A DNA stretch of 63,930 nucleotides, filler included. It is 4 parts of 4 records of this genome, joined end to end, with 100 filler letters (N's around TTAATTAATTAA, not from the genome) between each part and the next. Parts side by side here need not be neighbours in the genome. Positions count along the whole stretch, not along the records: positions 37,332 to 57,408 come from DRR723986_9012; positions 57,509 to 63,930 come from DRR723986_9058; 2 more parts are not named here. The stretch is one strand, 5' to 3'. Both the position numbers and the translations under genes were made by a program. The notes beneath the pieces are model-generated. The model had not been told where the DNA came from and did not search any database. It saw nothing but the letters and a program-made list of their open reading frames with translations. Positions 50,504 through 60,627 of the stretch are shown in pieces (the stretch's first letter is position 1; each line of letters starts with the position of its first letter).

Positions 50504-51355
50504 TCAATTATCTTTTCGATAAACTAAATTTCCGTCCTTATCCCATTCAGCACGAATGTAAGGGCGGAAATTTTTTGTGTAAGCAGTTTCCTGATATTGG
50601 ATTTCACGCTTTCTTACTGCTTTGGTATTATTGAAGTCCCAGTATTCTGTCCAAAGACCCACTTTTTCGCCATATTGATATTCCCCTGTGACCGCGACTT
50701 GTTTATTCTCATAGAAGTAAAAATAGTTTCCCTCTTCCAAACCATACTGAACGGGGATAATCTCTTGGATGGTTTTGGATGACTGATCAAAGTATCGAGT
50801 TCTTGACTCCCGCGGCCAACCTGCTTCAAAGTGATTTTTGTCCTGTAGCACATTGTTTGCATCGTAGAGCATCCATGTTTTATGCTTGGTGCCGTAGTAG
50901 AACATACCACTTTCCACCACTTCCTCATTAATTACCCGCTCATAAGGTCCATGCAGTAGGTAGCCTTTTCCTGCTTCATATTCTTTGGTTTTTATACTTC
51001 TTTCTTGAGGATCAAACCAATAAACATCACGTATATAGGGGTCTGGACGTCGCGCAGCATCAGTGTAGTTAAAGTGCTCAAAAATCTGCTGCCCCCGAAT
51101 TTCCTGACGGGTATAGCCTTTTCTGGTTTTAATCCCAAACCATTCATTTTTCCGAGCTTTCTTCTTTTTCTCCTTTTTTTCTTCCTTCTCTTTTGAGTCG
51201 TCGAAAAGTAGTAAAGGCATTGTCGTAGGGAGTAATCTGGAGTTCACCACACCACTGGAATCAGGATCTGATTTCGGTTTTGATTCTTCAGTTTGGGCTA
51301 AAGAAACCTTGCTCAGAAGTAGGAGGAAAATAAAACTGATATAATATCTACTCAT
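50504..51355 (-). CDS. Exported MORN-variant repeat (YwqK-like) protein
   Basis: Signal peptide; LHGPY, EEGNYFYFYEN and GEYQYGEKVGLWTEY repeats. Confidence 0.65.
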   Translation of the reverse strand: MSRYYISFIFLLLLSKVSLAQTEESKPKSDPDSSGVVNSRLLPTTMPLLLFDDSKEKEEKKEKKKKARKNEWFGIKTRKGYTRQEIRGQQIFEHFNYTDAARRPDPYIRDVYWFDPQERSIKTKEYEAGKGYLLHGPYERVINEEVVESGMFYYGTKHKTWMLYDANNVLQDKNHFEAGWPRESRTRYFDQSSKTIQEIIPVQYGLEEGNYFYFYENKQVAVTGEYQYGEKVGLWTEYWDFNNTKAVRKREIQYQETAYTKNFRPYIRAEWDKDGNLVYRKDN

Positions 51356-51489
51356 ATATTAGAAAAACGCAATATCCTTCGGTGTATTTTATCCAAAAAT
51401 AACATTTCGAGATCAAAACCCACCGATTGTTTAGATTTTATAATCTTCTCTCTACTTTTGTGGAATTTGTAAAAAAAATCTCTCAAACA

Positions 51490-52692
51490 ATGAACTCTAT
51501 TTTATCAGACCGGATAATCAATATGGAAGAATCAGCCACTCTTGCGATGGCAAAAAAAGCAAGAGAGCTGAAATCACAAGGAGTTGACATCATCAGCCTA
51601 TCGTTGGGTGAGCCTGACTTCAAAACACCTAAGCATATCCAACAAGCAGCAAAAGATGCAATCGACGAAGGTAAGTACTTTTCATATCCTCCCGTAGCAG
51701 GTTATCAGGATCTGAGAGAAGCTATCGCAAAGAAGCTTCGTGAAGAAAATGAAATCACTGAAGCTAAAGCGGAAAATGTCGTTGTTTCCACCGGAGCAAA
51801 GCATTCCATTGCCAATGTATTCATGTGCATGATCAATGAAGGTGATGAAGTTGTTATTTTCTCTCCATACTGGGTGAGTTATGCTGAAATCATCAAGTTG
51901 GCAGGTGGAGTTCCAGTATTGATCGAAGGGACTTTGGAAAACAACTTCAAGGCTACTGCCGCTCAATTGGAGGCTGCTATTACGCCAAAGACTAAGGGCG
52001 TGATCTATTCTTCTCCATGTAATCCTACTGGATCTGTATTCAGCAAGCAGGAACTAGAAGCTATCGCTGACGTAGTGAAAAAGCATGAGAATATCATGGT
52101 GATCGCTGATGAGATCTATGAGAAAATCAACTTTGCTGGTAGAAATTATAGCATCGCGTCTTTCCCAGGTATGTTTGACAGAACAATTACTGTGAATGGT
52201 TTTTCTAAAGGTTATGCAATGACTGGCTGGAGAGTTGGGTACATCTGTGCACCAGTTTGGATGGCTAAATCTGTAGAAAAAATCCAAGGTCAATTTACTT
52301 CTGGAGGAACAGGTATTGCCCAAAGAGCAGCATTGGCAGGAATTGCTGGAGACCAGACTCCTACTACAGAGATGGCTGATGCATATCTAAGAAGAAGAGG
52401 ATTGGTATTGGATTTACTTCGTGATATTCCTGGTATCAAAACTCACGTTCCTGAAGGAGCATTCTATTTCTTCCCTGATGTGACCGCTTTCTTTGGCAAG
52501 TCTGCAAAAGGGCATGACGTAAAAGATGCAGATGACCTTTGCCTTTATTTGTTGGCTGAAGCTCATGTTTCCTTGGTGACTGGAGCCGCTTTTGGAGCTC
52601 CGGATTGTATCAGACTTTCTTATGCGGCTTCCGACGAGGAGCTTGTAGATGCACTGGGCAGAATGAAAAAAGCCCTAGGTGAATTAGCTTAA
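51490..52692 (+). CDS. PLP-dependent class I aminotransferase (aspartate aminotransferase-like)
   Basis: GEPDF, SPCNPTG, ADEIY and NGFSKGYAMTGWRVG. Confidence 0.93.
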   Translation: MNSILSDRIINMEESATLAMAKKARELKSQGVDIISLSLGEPDFKTPKHIQQAAKDAIDEGKYFSYPPVAGYQDLREAIAKKLREENEITEAKAENVVVSTGAKHSIANVFMCMINEGDEVVIFSPYWVSYAEIIKLAGGVPVLIEGTLENNFKATAAQLEAAITPKTKGVIYSSPCNPTGSVFSKQELEAIADVVKKHENIMVIADEIYEKINFAGRNYSIASFPGMFDRTITVNGFSKGYAMTGWRVGYICAPVWMAKSVEKIQGQFTSGGTGIAQRAALAGIAGDQTPTTEMADAYLRRRGLVLDLLRDIPGIKTHVPEGAFYFFPDVTAFFGKSAKGHDVKDADDLCLYLLAEAHVSLVTGAAFGAPDCIRLSYAASDEELVDALGRMKKALGELA

Positions 52693-52706
52693 TAAAAACA
52701 ATTCTT

Positions 52707-52736
52707 AACCCCGGCAAATAGTCGGGGTTGTTTTTT
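52707..52736 (+). terminator. Rho-independent terminator
   Basis: AACCCCGGC-AAATA-GTCGGGGTT-GTTTTTT. Confidence 0.8.
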
Positions 52737-52775
52737 GCCTAGTCAGAAAGGCTTATTTTTGGGAAAATTTACCCT

Positions 52776-53486
52776 ATGGCTGAAGTTATCGTTATCACAC
52801 CTGTAAAGAATTCTCTTGAAACTACCTTGGATACCGCAAGGGCAATTTCGGGATCTACCGTTCAAGTGAGGCATATTATTTTTAATGACTTCAGTACTGA
52901 AGAGACAAAAGCTGGTTTAGAACAATTCAAGTCTCAGGTAGGATACGAACTGGTACATTTGGAAGATCATACTGATCATCCATCTCCTAATTATAAACTA
53001 GTTCTTCAGATGGCTCAGAGGATGGCTAATGATGCGAGTCTGCCTCTTTTGGTAATAGAATCAGACGTGGTTGTAAAGCCAAATACAATTGCTGATTTGC
53101 TGAGTTTCCAAAAAGCAACTTCCAAATCAGGTTTGGTGGGATCTGTGACAGTGGATGAAAAAGGCGTAGTGAATTTTCCTTATTTGAAATTTAAAGGTGT
53201 AAAAGAAAAAGTGATAGACACCTCAAGAAGTTTGAGCTTTTGCTGCACACTTTTTTCATCTGACTTTTTGAAAGCCTATGATTTTATGGGTTTGGATGAA
53301 GCAAAAGATTGGTACGATACCTTTATTTCGAAAAAATCTATTGAACTAGGATTTAAAAACCATGTCCTAATGAATGCTCCAGTTTGGCACCGCCCACATG
53401 CGAGCCGACCTTGGAAGCAACTGAAGTATAGTAATCCTCTGAAATATTATTTCCTGAAGTTCTGGAAAGGAATGGATAAGATCTAA
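52776..53486 (+). CDS. Glycosyltransferase family 2-like
   Basis: VITPVKN, FNDFST and IESDV. Confidence 0.75.
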   Translation: MAEVIVITPVKNSLETTLDTARAISGSTVQVRHIIFNDFSTEETKAGLEQFKSQVGYELVHLEDHTDHPSPNYKLVLQMAQRMANDASLPLLVIESDVVVKPNTIADLLSFQKATSKSGLVGSVTVDEKGVVNFPYLKFKGVKEKVIDTSRSLSFCCTLFSSDFLKAYDFMGLDEAKDWYDTFISKKSIELGFKNHVLMNAPVWHRPHASRPWKQLKYSNPLKYYFLKFWKGMDKI

Positions 53487-54293
53487 TTAGAGTTTGCCCA
53501 GAAATTTCATCAAGTTATTGTAAGGCTTGGACCAAGTACGCTGAAATCGAAGTGGGCCATTCAATTCTCGCTCGAAAAAATCCATGTGCTTTGAATTCAG
53601 ATAGGCTATTCGTTCTCTCTTTTTCTGGGATGTTCCAGTTTTCTTTCGCTTACTCCCTGAATGAATTCGATAGAAAAAACCAATGAAAGGGAGTTTGGCA
53701 ACGTCACCTCCATTTTTTAGCATTTTGATCCAAAATTCCCAGTCTTCTCTGCCCATTTTCATGTCATCGCTGAAGCAACCTACTGCTAATGCGTCTGCTT
53801 TTCTGAAAACAGCACTCACAAAAATCATGTTGTCTCTTGCCAGGAGGTTCAAGTTGAAGTCCTTGAGCTTCCAAGGCTTTTGTCCAAACTCATCAAATTT
53901 TACAGCTTCACAATAGACGACTTTTACCTCAGGTTTTTTCTCCAAGACCTGAATTGCCTCCGAAATGTAATTTGAGGATATTAGATCATCCCCGTCCAAG
54001 GGAAGGATGTATTTACCTTTAGAAAATTCTATTCCGGAATTTCTAGCTGAGGTAACGCCAGCATTTTTCTGATTAAGTAAGTAGACGTTCGTATACTTTT
54101 CGGTGAGCTCTGCTGCGATTTCTTCACTATTGTCCGTAGAACCATCATTTACGATGATGATTTCAAGTTCAGGATAAGTTGAGTTAAGTGCGGATTCGAC
54201 AGATTTAGCAAGGAATTGTGCCTGATTATAGCAAGGGATTATGATGGATATGGTTGGTTTCAAGTTTTTATAGACATGTTGAAGTAGATGCAA
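53487..54293 (-). CDS. Glycosyltransferase family 2
   Basis: ISIIIPCYN, VNDGSTD, LDGDD and EDWEFW; true start possibly TTG 54263. Confidence 0.88.
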   Translation of the reverse strand: MHLLQHVYKNLKPTISIIIPCYNQAQFLAKSVESALNSTYPELEIIIVNDGSTDNSEEIAAELTEKYTNVYLLNQKNAGVTSARNSGIEFSKGKYILPLDGDDLISSNYISEAIQVLEKKPEVKVVYCEAVKFDEFGQKPWKLKDFNLNLLARDNMIFVSAVFRKADALAVGCFSDDMKMGREDWEFWIKMLKNGGDVAKLPFIGFFYRIHSGSKRKKTGTSQKKRERIAYLNSKHMDFFERELNGPLRFQRTWSKPYNNLMKFLGKL

Positions 54294-54430
54294 TTTAATT
54301 GAATAGTCGGTGATTTTCCATTATTGTAAAGGTTGAAGTAGGATCAATTTATTGTAAGTTTATTTTGGTTTGGTATAAAAAAGCCAAACAATAATTTGTT
54401 TAATTCCCTGAAGTTCATAACTTTAATCTG

Positions 54431-54549
54431 GTGATTAAACAACTTTTCAATCGTATTTTACTTTTTCAAACGAGGATTGTAACACTAATCCATTTTTCAA
54501 CCTCAACCTGTTTCAGAAAAAATCCGGACTACGGTTCGGATTTTTTTTT
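54431..54549 (+). ncRNA. Candidate orphan small RNA
   Basis: Upstream TTTG-N19-TAACTTTA promoter-like pair; internal hairpin GGATT..AATCC; terminator with TACG loop and T9; no sizeable ORF in the track. Confidence 0.45.
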
Positions 54550-54595
54550 GAGAATTTTTTAGTGAACTTTCGGCTTGCGTATACACTCACCAGCT

Positions 54596-55621
54596 ATGAT
54601 CCGAATAAAGATTTCAATAATCTTTTTTGTCTTTATCTATTGCAATCAGTCTTTTGCACAAAAATCGAAGCTACAATACGACTCTATGTATGTGGAAAGT
54701 ACTCGTGATGTGTTGGCAACTAGACTTTTTTTTAGCAGAAAATATACCAGATTAGTAGCTATGGCGCCAGAATCCAATGAGCGATACATGTTAGTTCCTA
54801 ATACTGGATTAAAATTGGGACTTGGATTTACCTATCAAGATCTAACTATTAATGCTTCATTTCCTGTAAGATTTCTGAATCCTGACCGAATAGGTGATTG
54901 GCCTGGGAATTTGGATTTGCAGTCTCACATCTATGCTCCAAAGGTTATTGTGGATTTCTTTGGGCAGTTTTACAATGGGTACAAGATAGATGCTGAAAAC
55001 CGGACTTATTCTGAGGAAGATTACCTAAGGAAAGACATGCGGCTCATTTCTTTGGGGCTCAATATGAATTACTTGTTTTTTGGTGACAAGCTGTCCATTG
55101 CGGCAGCCTGGAATCAGTCCTCTGTCCAAAAGAAATCGGCTTATTCACCTTTTGTTGGAGTCGAAGGGTATGGAGGTAATATGCGAGGTGACTCTCTATT
55201 ATTGCCATCGACCCCGCAGACTGATTTGATTAATTTTGACCAGGCCAGTTACTTTTTGGCTGGACCAAATGCAGGGATGGCTGGAACTTGGGTTTTTTGG
55301 AGAAATTTCTATCTGACAGGAGTGGCTTCTGTAAACCTGAGTGGAGGATATACGAAGTGGAGGAACGAGGAGGAATTTACGAAGTGGGGTGTAGCACCTA
55401 CTTATTATTTACGTGGGTTTTTAGGGTACAATGGTCCTCGGTTTGCAATTACCACGAGCTATGTTTATAAAAACCTTAATCTCATCAAGGGAGGACCTTA
55501 TGATCAAGCAGTAAATACGGGCGATTATAGAATTAATTTTATATATAAAATATATGCAGGAAAGAGTTTTAAGAGAAAGTTCAATAAAGTGAATCCTGTG
55601 CGGATCATAATTAAAGAATAG
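54596..55621 (+). CDS. DUF4421-like outer-membrane/exported protein
   Basis: Signal peptide; LGLGFTY, DFFGQFYNGY and QKKSA motifs; beta-strand pattern. Confidence 0.65.
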   Translation: MIRIKISIIFFVFIYCNQSFAQKSKLQYDSMYVESTRDVLATRLFFSRKYTRLVAMAPESNERYMLVPNTGLKLGLGFTYQDLTINASFPVRFLNPDRIGDWPGNLDLQSHIYAPKVIVDFFGQFYNGYKIDAENRTYSEEDYLRKDMRLISLGLNMNYLFFGDKLSIAAAWNQSSVQKKSAYSPFVGVEGYGGNMRGDSLLLPSTPQTDLINFDQASYFLAGPNAGMAGTWVFWRNFYLTGVASVNLSGGYTKWRNEEEFTKWGVAPTYYLRGFLGYNGPRFAITTSYVYKNLNLIKGGPYDQAVNTGDYRINFIYKIYAGKSFKRKFNKVNPVRIIIKE

Positions 55622-55688
55622 TACTTAATTCTTTGGACTCCCTGTCATAATTGTTTTAGTTTTGAAAGCATAACAAACCCCAAATATA

Positions 55689-57233
55689 ATGGCAGACCAA
55701 TTTGGTATTCAAGAATCATTGAAGCGACTCGGGCTTAAATCCGAAAACTTAGGAACTTCAACTGGCATCAATTGGATAGATTCAGGTGAGTCGTCTATTT
55801 CTTCTTTTTCACCAGCAGATGGTGCCCTGATCGGAAAGGTGCAGTTGACTAATCAGCAGGCCTACGAAGAAGTGATGACTAAGGCACAAGTTGGATTTGA
55901 GAGCTGGAGACAAGTGCCAGCTCCCCAACGAGGAGAAATTGTTCGGGAAATAGGAAATGCCCTGAGAGAAAAGAAGGCTGACTTAGGAAAGCTAGTTTCT
56001 TACGAAATGGGTAAATCATATCAAGAGGGGCTAGGTGAGGTGCAGGAGATGATTGATATCTGTGATTTTGCAGTTGGTCTTTCTCGACAGTTATATGGTC
56101 TTACTATGCATTCAGAGCGTCCTGGCCACCGTATGTATGAGCAATGGCATCCTTTGGGGATAATAGGAATTATTTCAGCATTTAATTTCCCAGTTGCAGT
56201 CTGGTCTTGGAACGCTGCTTTAGCTTGGGTTTGTGGAGATGTTTGTGTGTGGAAACCCAGTGAAAAAGCGCCTCTTTCAGGAATTGCCTGCCAGCTCATA
56301 GCCGGAGAGATTTTTGAAAAACATAGTATGCCTGAGGGCATTTGCTCGCTTATAATTGGTGATTACAAAGTAGGTGAACTGATGTCTCATGACTCACGGA
56401 TTCCATTGGTTTCGGCAACTGGTTCTACCCGTATGGGGAAATTGGTCGGTCAAGCAGTAGGGAGTAGGTTAGGCAGATCATTGTTAGAGCTTGGTGGTAA
56501 CAATGCCATTATAATCACAGCGAATGCTGATATGGATATGGCGATACGTGGTGCTTTATTTGGAGCTGTAGGGACGGCAGGTCAGCGCTGTACTAGTACT
56601 CGTCGACTTATTATCCATGAAAATGTCTATGAAGAGGTTAAGTCTAGATTAGCTTCAGCTTACAGCAAATTGGTAATTGGGAACCCTTTGGACGAAAAAA
56701 ATCATGTAGGTCCGCTGATCGATAAAGATGCGGTAAACATGTACTTGGCTGCCATAGAGAAAGTTGAAAAAGAAGGAGGGAAAGTAGTGGTAAAAGGTGG
56801 AGTTCTGACGGGAGATGGTTTTGAATCTGGTTGCTATGTAAAGCCAGCAATATATGAAGCCGAAAATCACTTTGAGATTGTGCAACACGAAACTTTTGCT
56901 CCAATCCTCTATTTAATGAAATATAGTTCAATGGAAGAAGCGATTGCTATGCAAAACGGTGTGCCGCAAGGGCTGTCTTCTGCTATCATGACCACAAATA
57001 TGAGAGAGGCAGAGGCGTTCCTTTCTGCGGCCGGATCTGACTGCGGAATTGCCAATGTAAATATCGGTACTTCAGGAGCAGAAATTGGTGGTGCTTTTGG
57101 TGGAGAAAAAGAAACCGGTGGAGGTCGTGAATCTGGATCTGATGCTTGGAAAGCGTATATGCGTCGCCAAACTAATACAATTAATTACTCATCCACCTTA
57201 CCATTGGCGCAGGGGATTAAATTTGATATTTAA
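55689..57233 (+). CDS. Aldehyde dehydrogenase family 7 (aminoadipate-semialdehyde/piperideine-6-carboxylate dehydrogenase-like)
   Basis: SAFNFPVAV, LELGGNN, GTAGQRCT and GRESGSDAWKAYMRR. Confidence 0.92.
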   Translation: MADQFGIQESLKRLGLKSENLGTSTGINWIDSGESSISSFSPADGALIGKVQLTNQQAYEEVMTKAQVGFESWRQVPAPQRGEIVREIGNALREKKADLGKLVSYEMGKSYQEGLGEVQEMIDICDFAVGLSRQLYGLTMHSERPGHRMYEQWHPLGIIGIISAFNFPVAVWSWNAALAWVCGDVCVWKPSEKAPLSGIACQLIAGEIFEKHSMPEGICSLIIGDYKVGELMSHDSRIPLVSATGSTRMGKLVGQAVGSRLGRSLLELGGNNAIIITANADMDMAIRGALFGAVGTAGQRCTSTRRLIIHENVYEEVKSRLASAYSKLVIGNPLDEKNHVGPLIDKDAVNMYLAAIEKVEKEGGKVVVKGGVLTGDGFESGCYVKPAIYEAENHFEIVQHETFAPILYLMKYSSMEEAIAMQNGVPQGLSSAIMTTNMREAEAFLSAAGSDCGIANVNIGTSGAEIGGAFGGEKETGGGRESGSDAWKAYMRRQTNTINYSSTLPLAQGIKFDI

Positions 57234-57315
57234 AACAATTATTCTTGATTCTGAAAATATTTTGTAAATATTCTTTCTCATTTTCAATAGTTTAGGGATG
57301 TTGTTTCAAAATGTA

Positions 57316-57346
57316 TTTGCTTATGAGAAAATAGAAATTACCTTTG
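57316..57346 (+). promoter_or_regulatory. Bacteroidota primary-sigma promoter of the tRNA
   Basis: TTTG (57316-19)-N19-TACCTTTG (57339-46). Confidence 0.75.
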
Positions 57347-57379
57347 CATTCCCTTACGAACGGAAAGGGACACAAAGAT

Positions 57380-57408
57380 GGGAGTTTAGCTCAGTTGGTT
57401 CAGAGCAT
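57380..57408 (+). tRNA. 5' part of a tRNA, truncated before the anticodon; possibly tRNA-Val
   Basis: GGGAGTT-TA-GCTC-AGTTGGTTCA-GAGC-AT gives the acceptor strand and D arm. Confidence 0.8.
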
Positions 57409-57508
57409 NNNNNNNNNNNNNNNNNNNNNNNNNNNNNNNNNNNNNNNNNNNNTTAATTAATTAANNNNNNNNNNNNNNNNNNNNNNNNNNNNNNNNNNNN
57501 NNNNNNNN
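57409..57508. other. Artificial contig spacer
   Basis: N44-TTAATTAATTAA-N44. Confidence 0.98.
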
Positions 57509-58535
57509 CGATCGGCGACCAGAGCTTGCCGCGTTTGGCGGCAATATCCAGCCACACGGCAAGAATGATGATGATCCAGGTCACCACATACTGGACATAG
57601 AACTGCAGTCCGACGAGCAAGAGGCCGTTCTGGATGAAGCCGAGGATCAGGACACCGATAACGGTCTTGAAGATCGTGCCGGAGCCGCCCATCAGCGATG
57701 CTCCGCCGAGGATGACTGCAGCCAGAACTTCAAGCTCAAGCCCCTGACCAACCGTGTTCTGGCTTCCCAGTGACCGGCTGGCCTGGATGAGACCGGCAGT
57801 ACCGACGCAGAAAGCGGACATGAGGTAGCAGGTGAAGACGACACGGGCTCTGCGAATGCCCGAGAAGGTTGCCGCGGTGCCGTTGCCTCCAACCGCGTAG
57901 ACCTTGCGACCGAACGGTGTCTTGGCAAGGACGATCCCCAGAACAGAGGCGACAAGGGCAAACAGTAGGATCGGTACCGGAATGCCGAGGACGGTCGACT
58001 GGCCGAAGACGCTGAACCAGGTGCCTTCCTTGTCGGCAATATCCATGTTCTTGCCGCCGGAATAGGTGAGGGTCAGTCCGTGGATCGCCGACAACATGCC
58101 AAGGGTCACGATCAGGGAATTCAGCTTCAGATATCCGACGAGGAAGCCAATGAAGGCGCCCAGGCACAGTACCATGGCGTACATGGACGGAATGGCGAGC
58201 AAAGGCCCCAGCTTGTCGTGCAGATCAAGGACGACGATGGTGGCAAACGACATCATCGACCCGACGGAGAGGTCGAGATTGCCGCTGATGACGACAAAGG
58301 TGACGCCGAGAGCCATCACGCCGAGGATTGCAGAGGAGCGGACAACGCCCATGATGTTGTCTGGGTCGAGAAAGCGCTGGTTGGCGATCGTGAAGCCGAT
58401 CATGAAGACGGCGAAGGCGATCAGGATGCCCTGTTTCGCCAGAAATCCCCCAACGCCCGACAGACTGAAGGGCTTCATGGATTTTTCCTTGGAACTGCCG
58501 GGACGGCTGGCAGCCTTGGTTGATATGTCGGACAA
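57509..58535 (-). CDS. Monosaccharide ABC permease (RbsC-like), last codons lost at contig end
   Basis: GNLDLSVGS, TPFGRKVYAVGGN and ELEVLAAVILGG; TTG 58535 follows RBS GAGGGAGG (alternative ATG 58478). Confidence 0.9.
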
Positions 58536-58564
58536 CAGACCCTCCCTCATCCTGTTGTAAAGTT

Positions 58565-59362
58565 TCAAACGAGCGTCATGCCACCATCGATCATCACCAC
58601 CTGACCGGTCATGTAATCGCTTTCTGGTGACGCCAGGAACGTGGTCGTTCCCGTGATGTCGGACGGTGTGGCCACCCGGCCGCGCAGGATCTCGGAGGAA
58701 AATTCCTCCATCGCCTGTCCGGGCCGCTCGGCAGCGCCGATATCCAGAAGATCCCGGTCCACCTGTTCCCACATTTCGGTAGCCACGACACCCGGCGCGA
58801 AGCCTGTGACGGTGATGTTGTGTCTGGCAAGGTCTCGTGCGCCGGATTGCGTCAGCGAGACCACGGCCCATTTCGAGGCGCAATAGGGCGCGACATTGTC
58901 AAACCCCTGTCGACTGGCGATCGACGCGGTGTTGATGATCTTGCCGCCGGTGCCCTGGCCAATCATCTGGCGGGCGGCCTCCTGCATGCCGATCAGGCAC
59001 CCAAGGCCGTTCACTCCCATGATGAAGTTCCAGTTGTCCTCCGTGACATCGAGAAAGTTCATGGGCTTGTTGACGCCGGCATTGTTGAACTTGACGTCCA
59101 GCTTGCCGAAAGCCGCGACGGTTTTCGCGATCATGGCACGAACCTGGTCACGATCGGTCACATCGACCTGAGCCCATGTCACCCCGGCGCCGGTTTCGGC
59201 AGCACGGTTGCGGTTGGCTTCGGCAACGGCACTTGCCTGTTCGCCGTTGATGTCCGCAAAGCAGACATCCGCTCCCTCGTTGATAAGGGCTTCGCCAATG
59301 GCACGTCCGATCCCTCGGGCAGCACCGGTGACGATACAGGAACGCCCGGACACTCGGCCCAT
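58565..59362 (-). CDS. Short-chain dehydrogenase/reductase (polyol/acetoin dehydrogenase-like)
   Basis: TGAARGIG, NNAG, S..YCASK and YMTGQ. Confidence 0.92.
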   Translation of the reverse strand: MGRVSGRSCIVTGAARGIGRAIGEALINEGADVCFADINGEQASAVAEANRNRAAETGAGVTWAQVDVTDRDQVRAMIAKTVAAFGKLDVKFNNAGVNKPMNFLDVTEDNWNFIMGVNGLGCLIGMQEAARQMIGQGTGGKIINTASIASRQGFDNVAPYCASKWAVVSLTQSGARDLARHNITVTGFAPGVVATEMWEQVDRDLLDIGAAERPGQAMEEFSSEILRGRVATPSDITGTTTFLASPESDYMTGQVVMIDGGMTLV

Positions 59363-59442
59363 GGTTTCCTCCCGGTCAATGTATTGGGAAAAAATGGGGC
59401 GCAAGGCTTGGCTCGCGCCCCAGTCGGGCTTGACCTTCAGGC

Positions 59443-60402
59443 TCAGAAGACAGGCTTGTCGAATTCGGCCATGTTGTCCTGGGTGATCTTCGGTGTGTCG
59501 AAGTAGTTCAGGAAAGGGACATCCTTGCCGGACAGGATATCGATTGCCGTCTGCAGGGCAGCTTCGGCATCGTCAACGGGCGACTGGTAGATCGAACCCC
59601 AGTATTCGCCGCGCTCCATCGCCTCGTAACCGACGGAGAAATTGGTCGCGCCGACGAAGATGATGCCCTCACGTCCGGCGGCCTTGGCGGCATTCAGCGC
59701 GCCGACACCCATGTTGTCGTCTCCGGCGTAAACGCCGTCGATGTCGTCATACTTGACCAGGAACGCTTCCATGACCTTCTGGGATTTTTCGCGGTTCCAG
59801 TCGCCCGGCTGGGTCTCCACCAGGGTCACATTCGGGCAGACTTCCGGCAGACGATCTTCGAAGCCCTTGGCGCGCTCGATTGCAGTCGTGTAGCCCGGCT
59901 GGCCGGAAATCTGAACGATCTGGGCTTCGTTCTCGATGCCCATGGCCTTGAACTTGTCGCACATGATCTCGGCGGAACGGGAGCCCTGGGTGATGTTGTC
60001 CGGACCGGAGAAGGACTTCACGAACTCGAAGCCCTGTTCGGCGATGTTCGAGTTGGTCACAATCACCGGAATGTCGGCCTTGAAGGCCTTGCGGACGGCC
60101 GGGATGACGGCTTCACCGTTCGTCGGCCAGATGATGATCGCGTCCACTTCCTGCTGGATCAGGTCTTCCATCTGGGCGATCTGCCGGGCGACGTCGCCGC
60201 CGGCGTCCAGAACGACGGTTTCGACATCCGCATTGGCGTCGGCTGCCGCGATGAAGGCCTTTTCATAGGTGGTCTGGTAGCTGTCGACGCCGACGTTGTT
60301 CTGCGTGATGCCGATCTTCATCGTTTCTGCACCGGCTGCACCAGACAAGGTCAGGCCTGCGACGGCCGTCGTGGCGACAAGCAGCGAACGGAAAGTGTTC
60401 AT
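59443..60402 (-). CDS. Sugar ABC substrate-binding protein (RbsB-like)
   Basis: Signal peptide; QIAQMEDLIQQEVDAIII, ERAKGF and DDNMGVGA. Confidence 0.9.
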   Translation of the reverse strand: MNTFRSLLVATTAVAGLTLSGAAGAETMKIGITQNNVGVDSYQTTYEKAFIAAADANADVETVVLDAGGDVARQIAQMEDLIQQEVDAIIIWPTNGEAVIPAVRKAFKADIPVIVTNSNIAEQGFEFVKSFSGPDNITQGSRSAEIMCDKFKAMGIENEAQIVQISGQPGYTTAIERAKGFEDRLPEVCPNVTLVETQPGDWNREKSQKVMEAFLVKYDDIDGVYAGDDNMGVGALNAAKAAGREGIIFVGATNFSVGYEAMERGEYWGSIYQSPVDDAEAALQTAIDILSGKDVPFLNYFDTPKITQDNMAEFDKPVF

Positions 60403-60540
60403 TGTTTCATTTCCTCCCTGAGAGACCATTTCGAATGGTCTGAATTCTGAACCGTGCCTCCTCCTGACACGGATATGCGCCCACCGTGAGCGTCAACAAA
60501 AAGCCTGCACGCCTCGGCAGAACGACGCCCCCTCGAAAAT

Positions 60541-60574
60541 ATCCAAAATGGATGTTCTTATATCCAAATTGGAT
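60541..60574. promoter_or_regulatory. Tandem palindromic operator candidates ATCCA-N3-TGGAT
   Basis: ATCCAAAATGGAT at 60541 and ATCCAAATTGGAT at 60562 (21-bp period) in the divergent intergenic region. Confidence 0.6.
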
Positions 60575-60627
60575 TTTTTGGCCGTTTTTCTAATCGGCCA
60601 CGTCGCTCACGCTTAGGAGGACATTCA

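Noticed and set aside
50504-51355. YwqK-like protein as part of a toxin-antitoxin system
   Set aside because: There is no adjacent toxin gene, and MORN-variant exported proteins are common in Bacteroidota.
55689-57233. ALDH7 as pathway partner of the lysine dehydrogenase at 19670
   Set aside because: It is on a different contig and from a different phylum.
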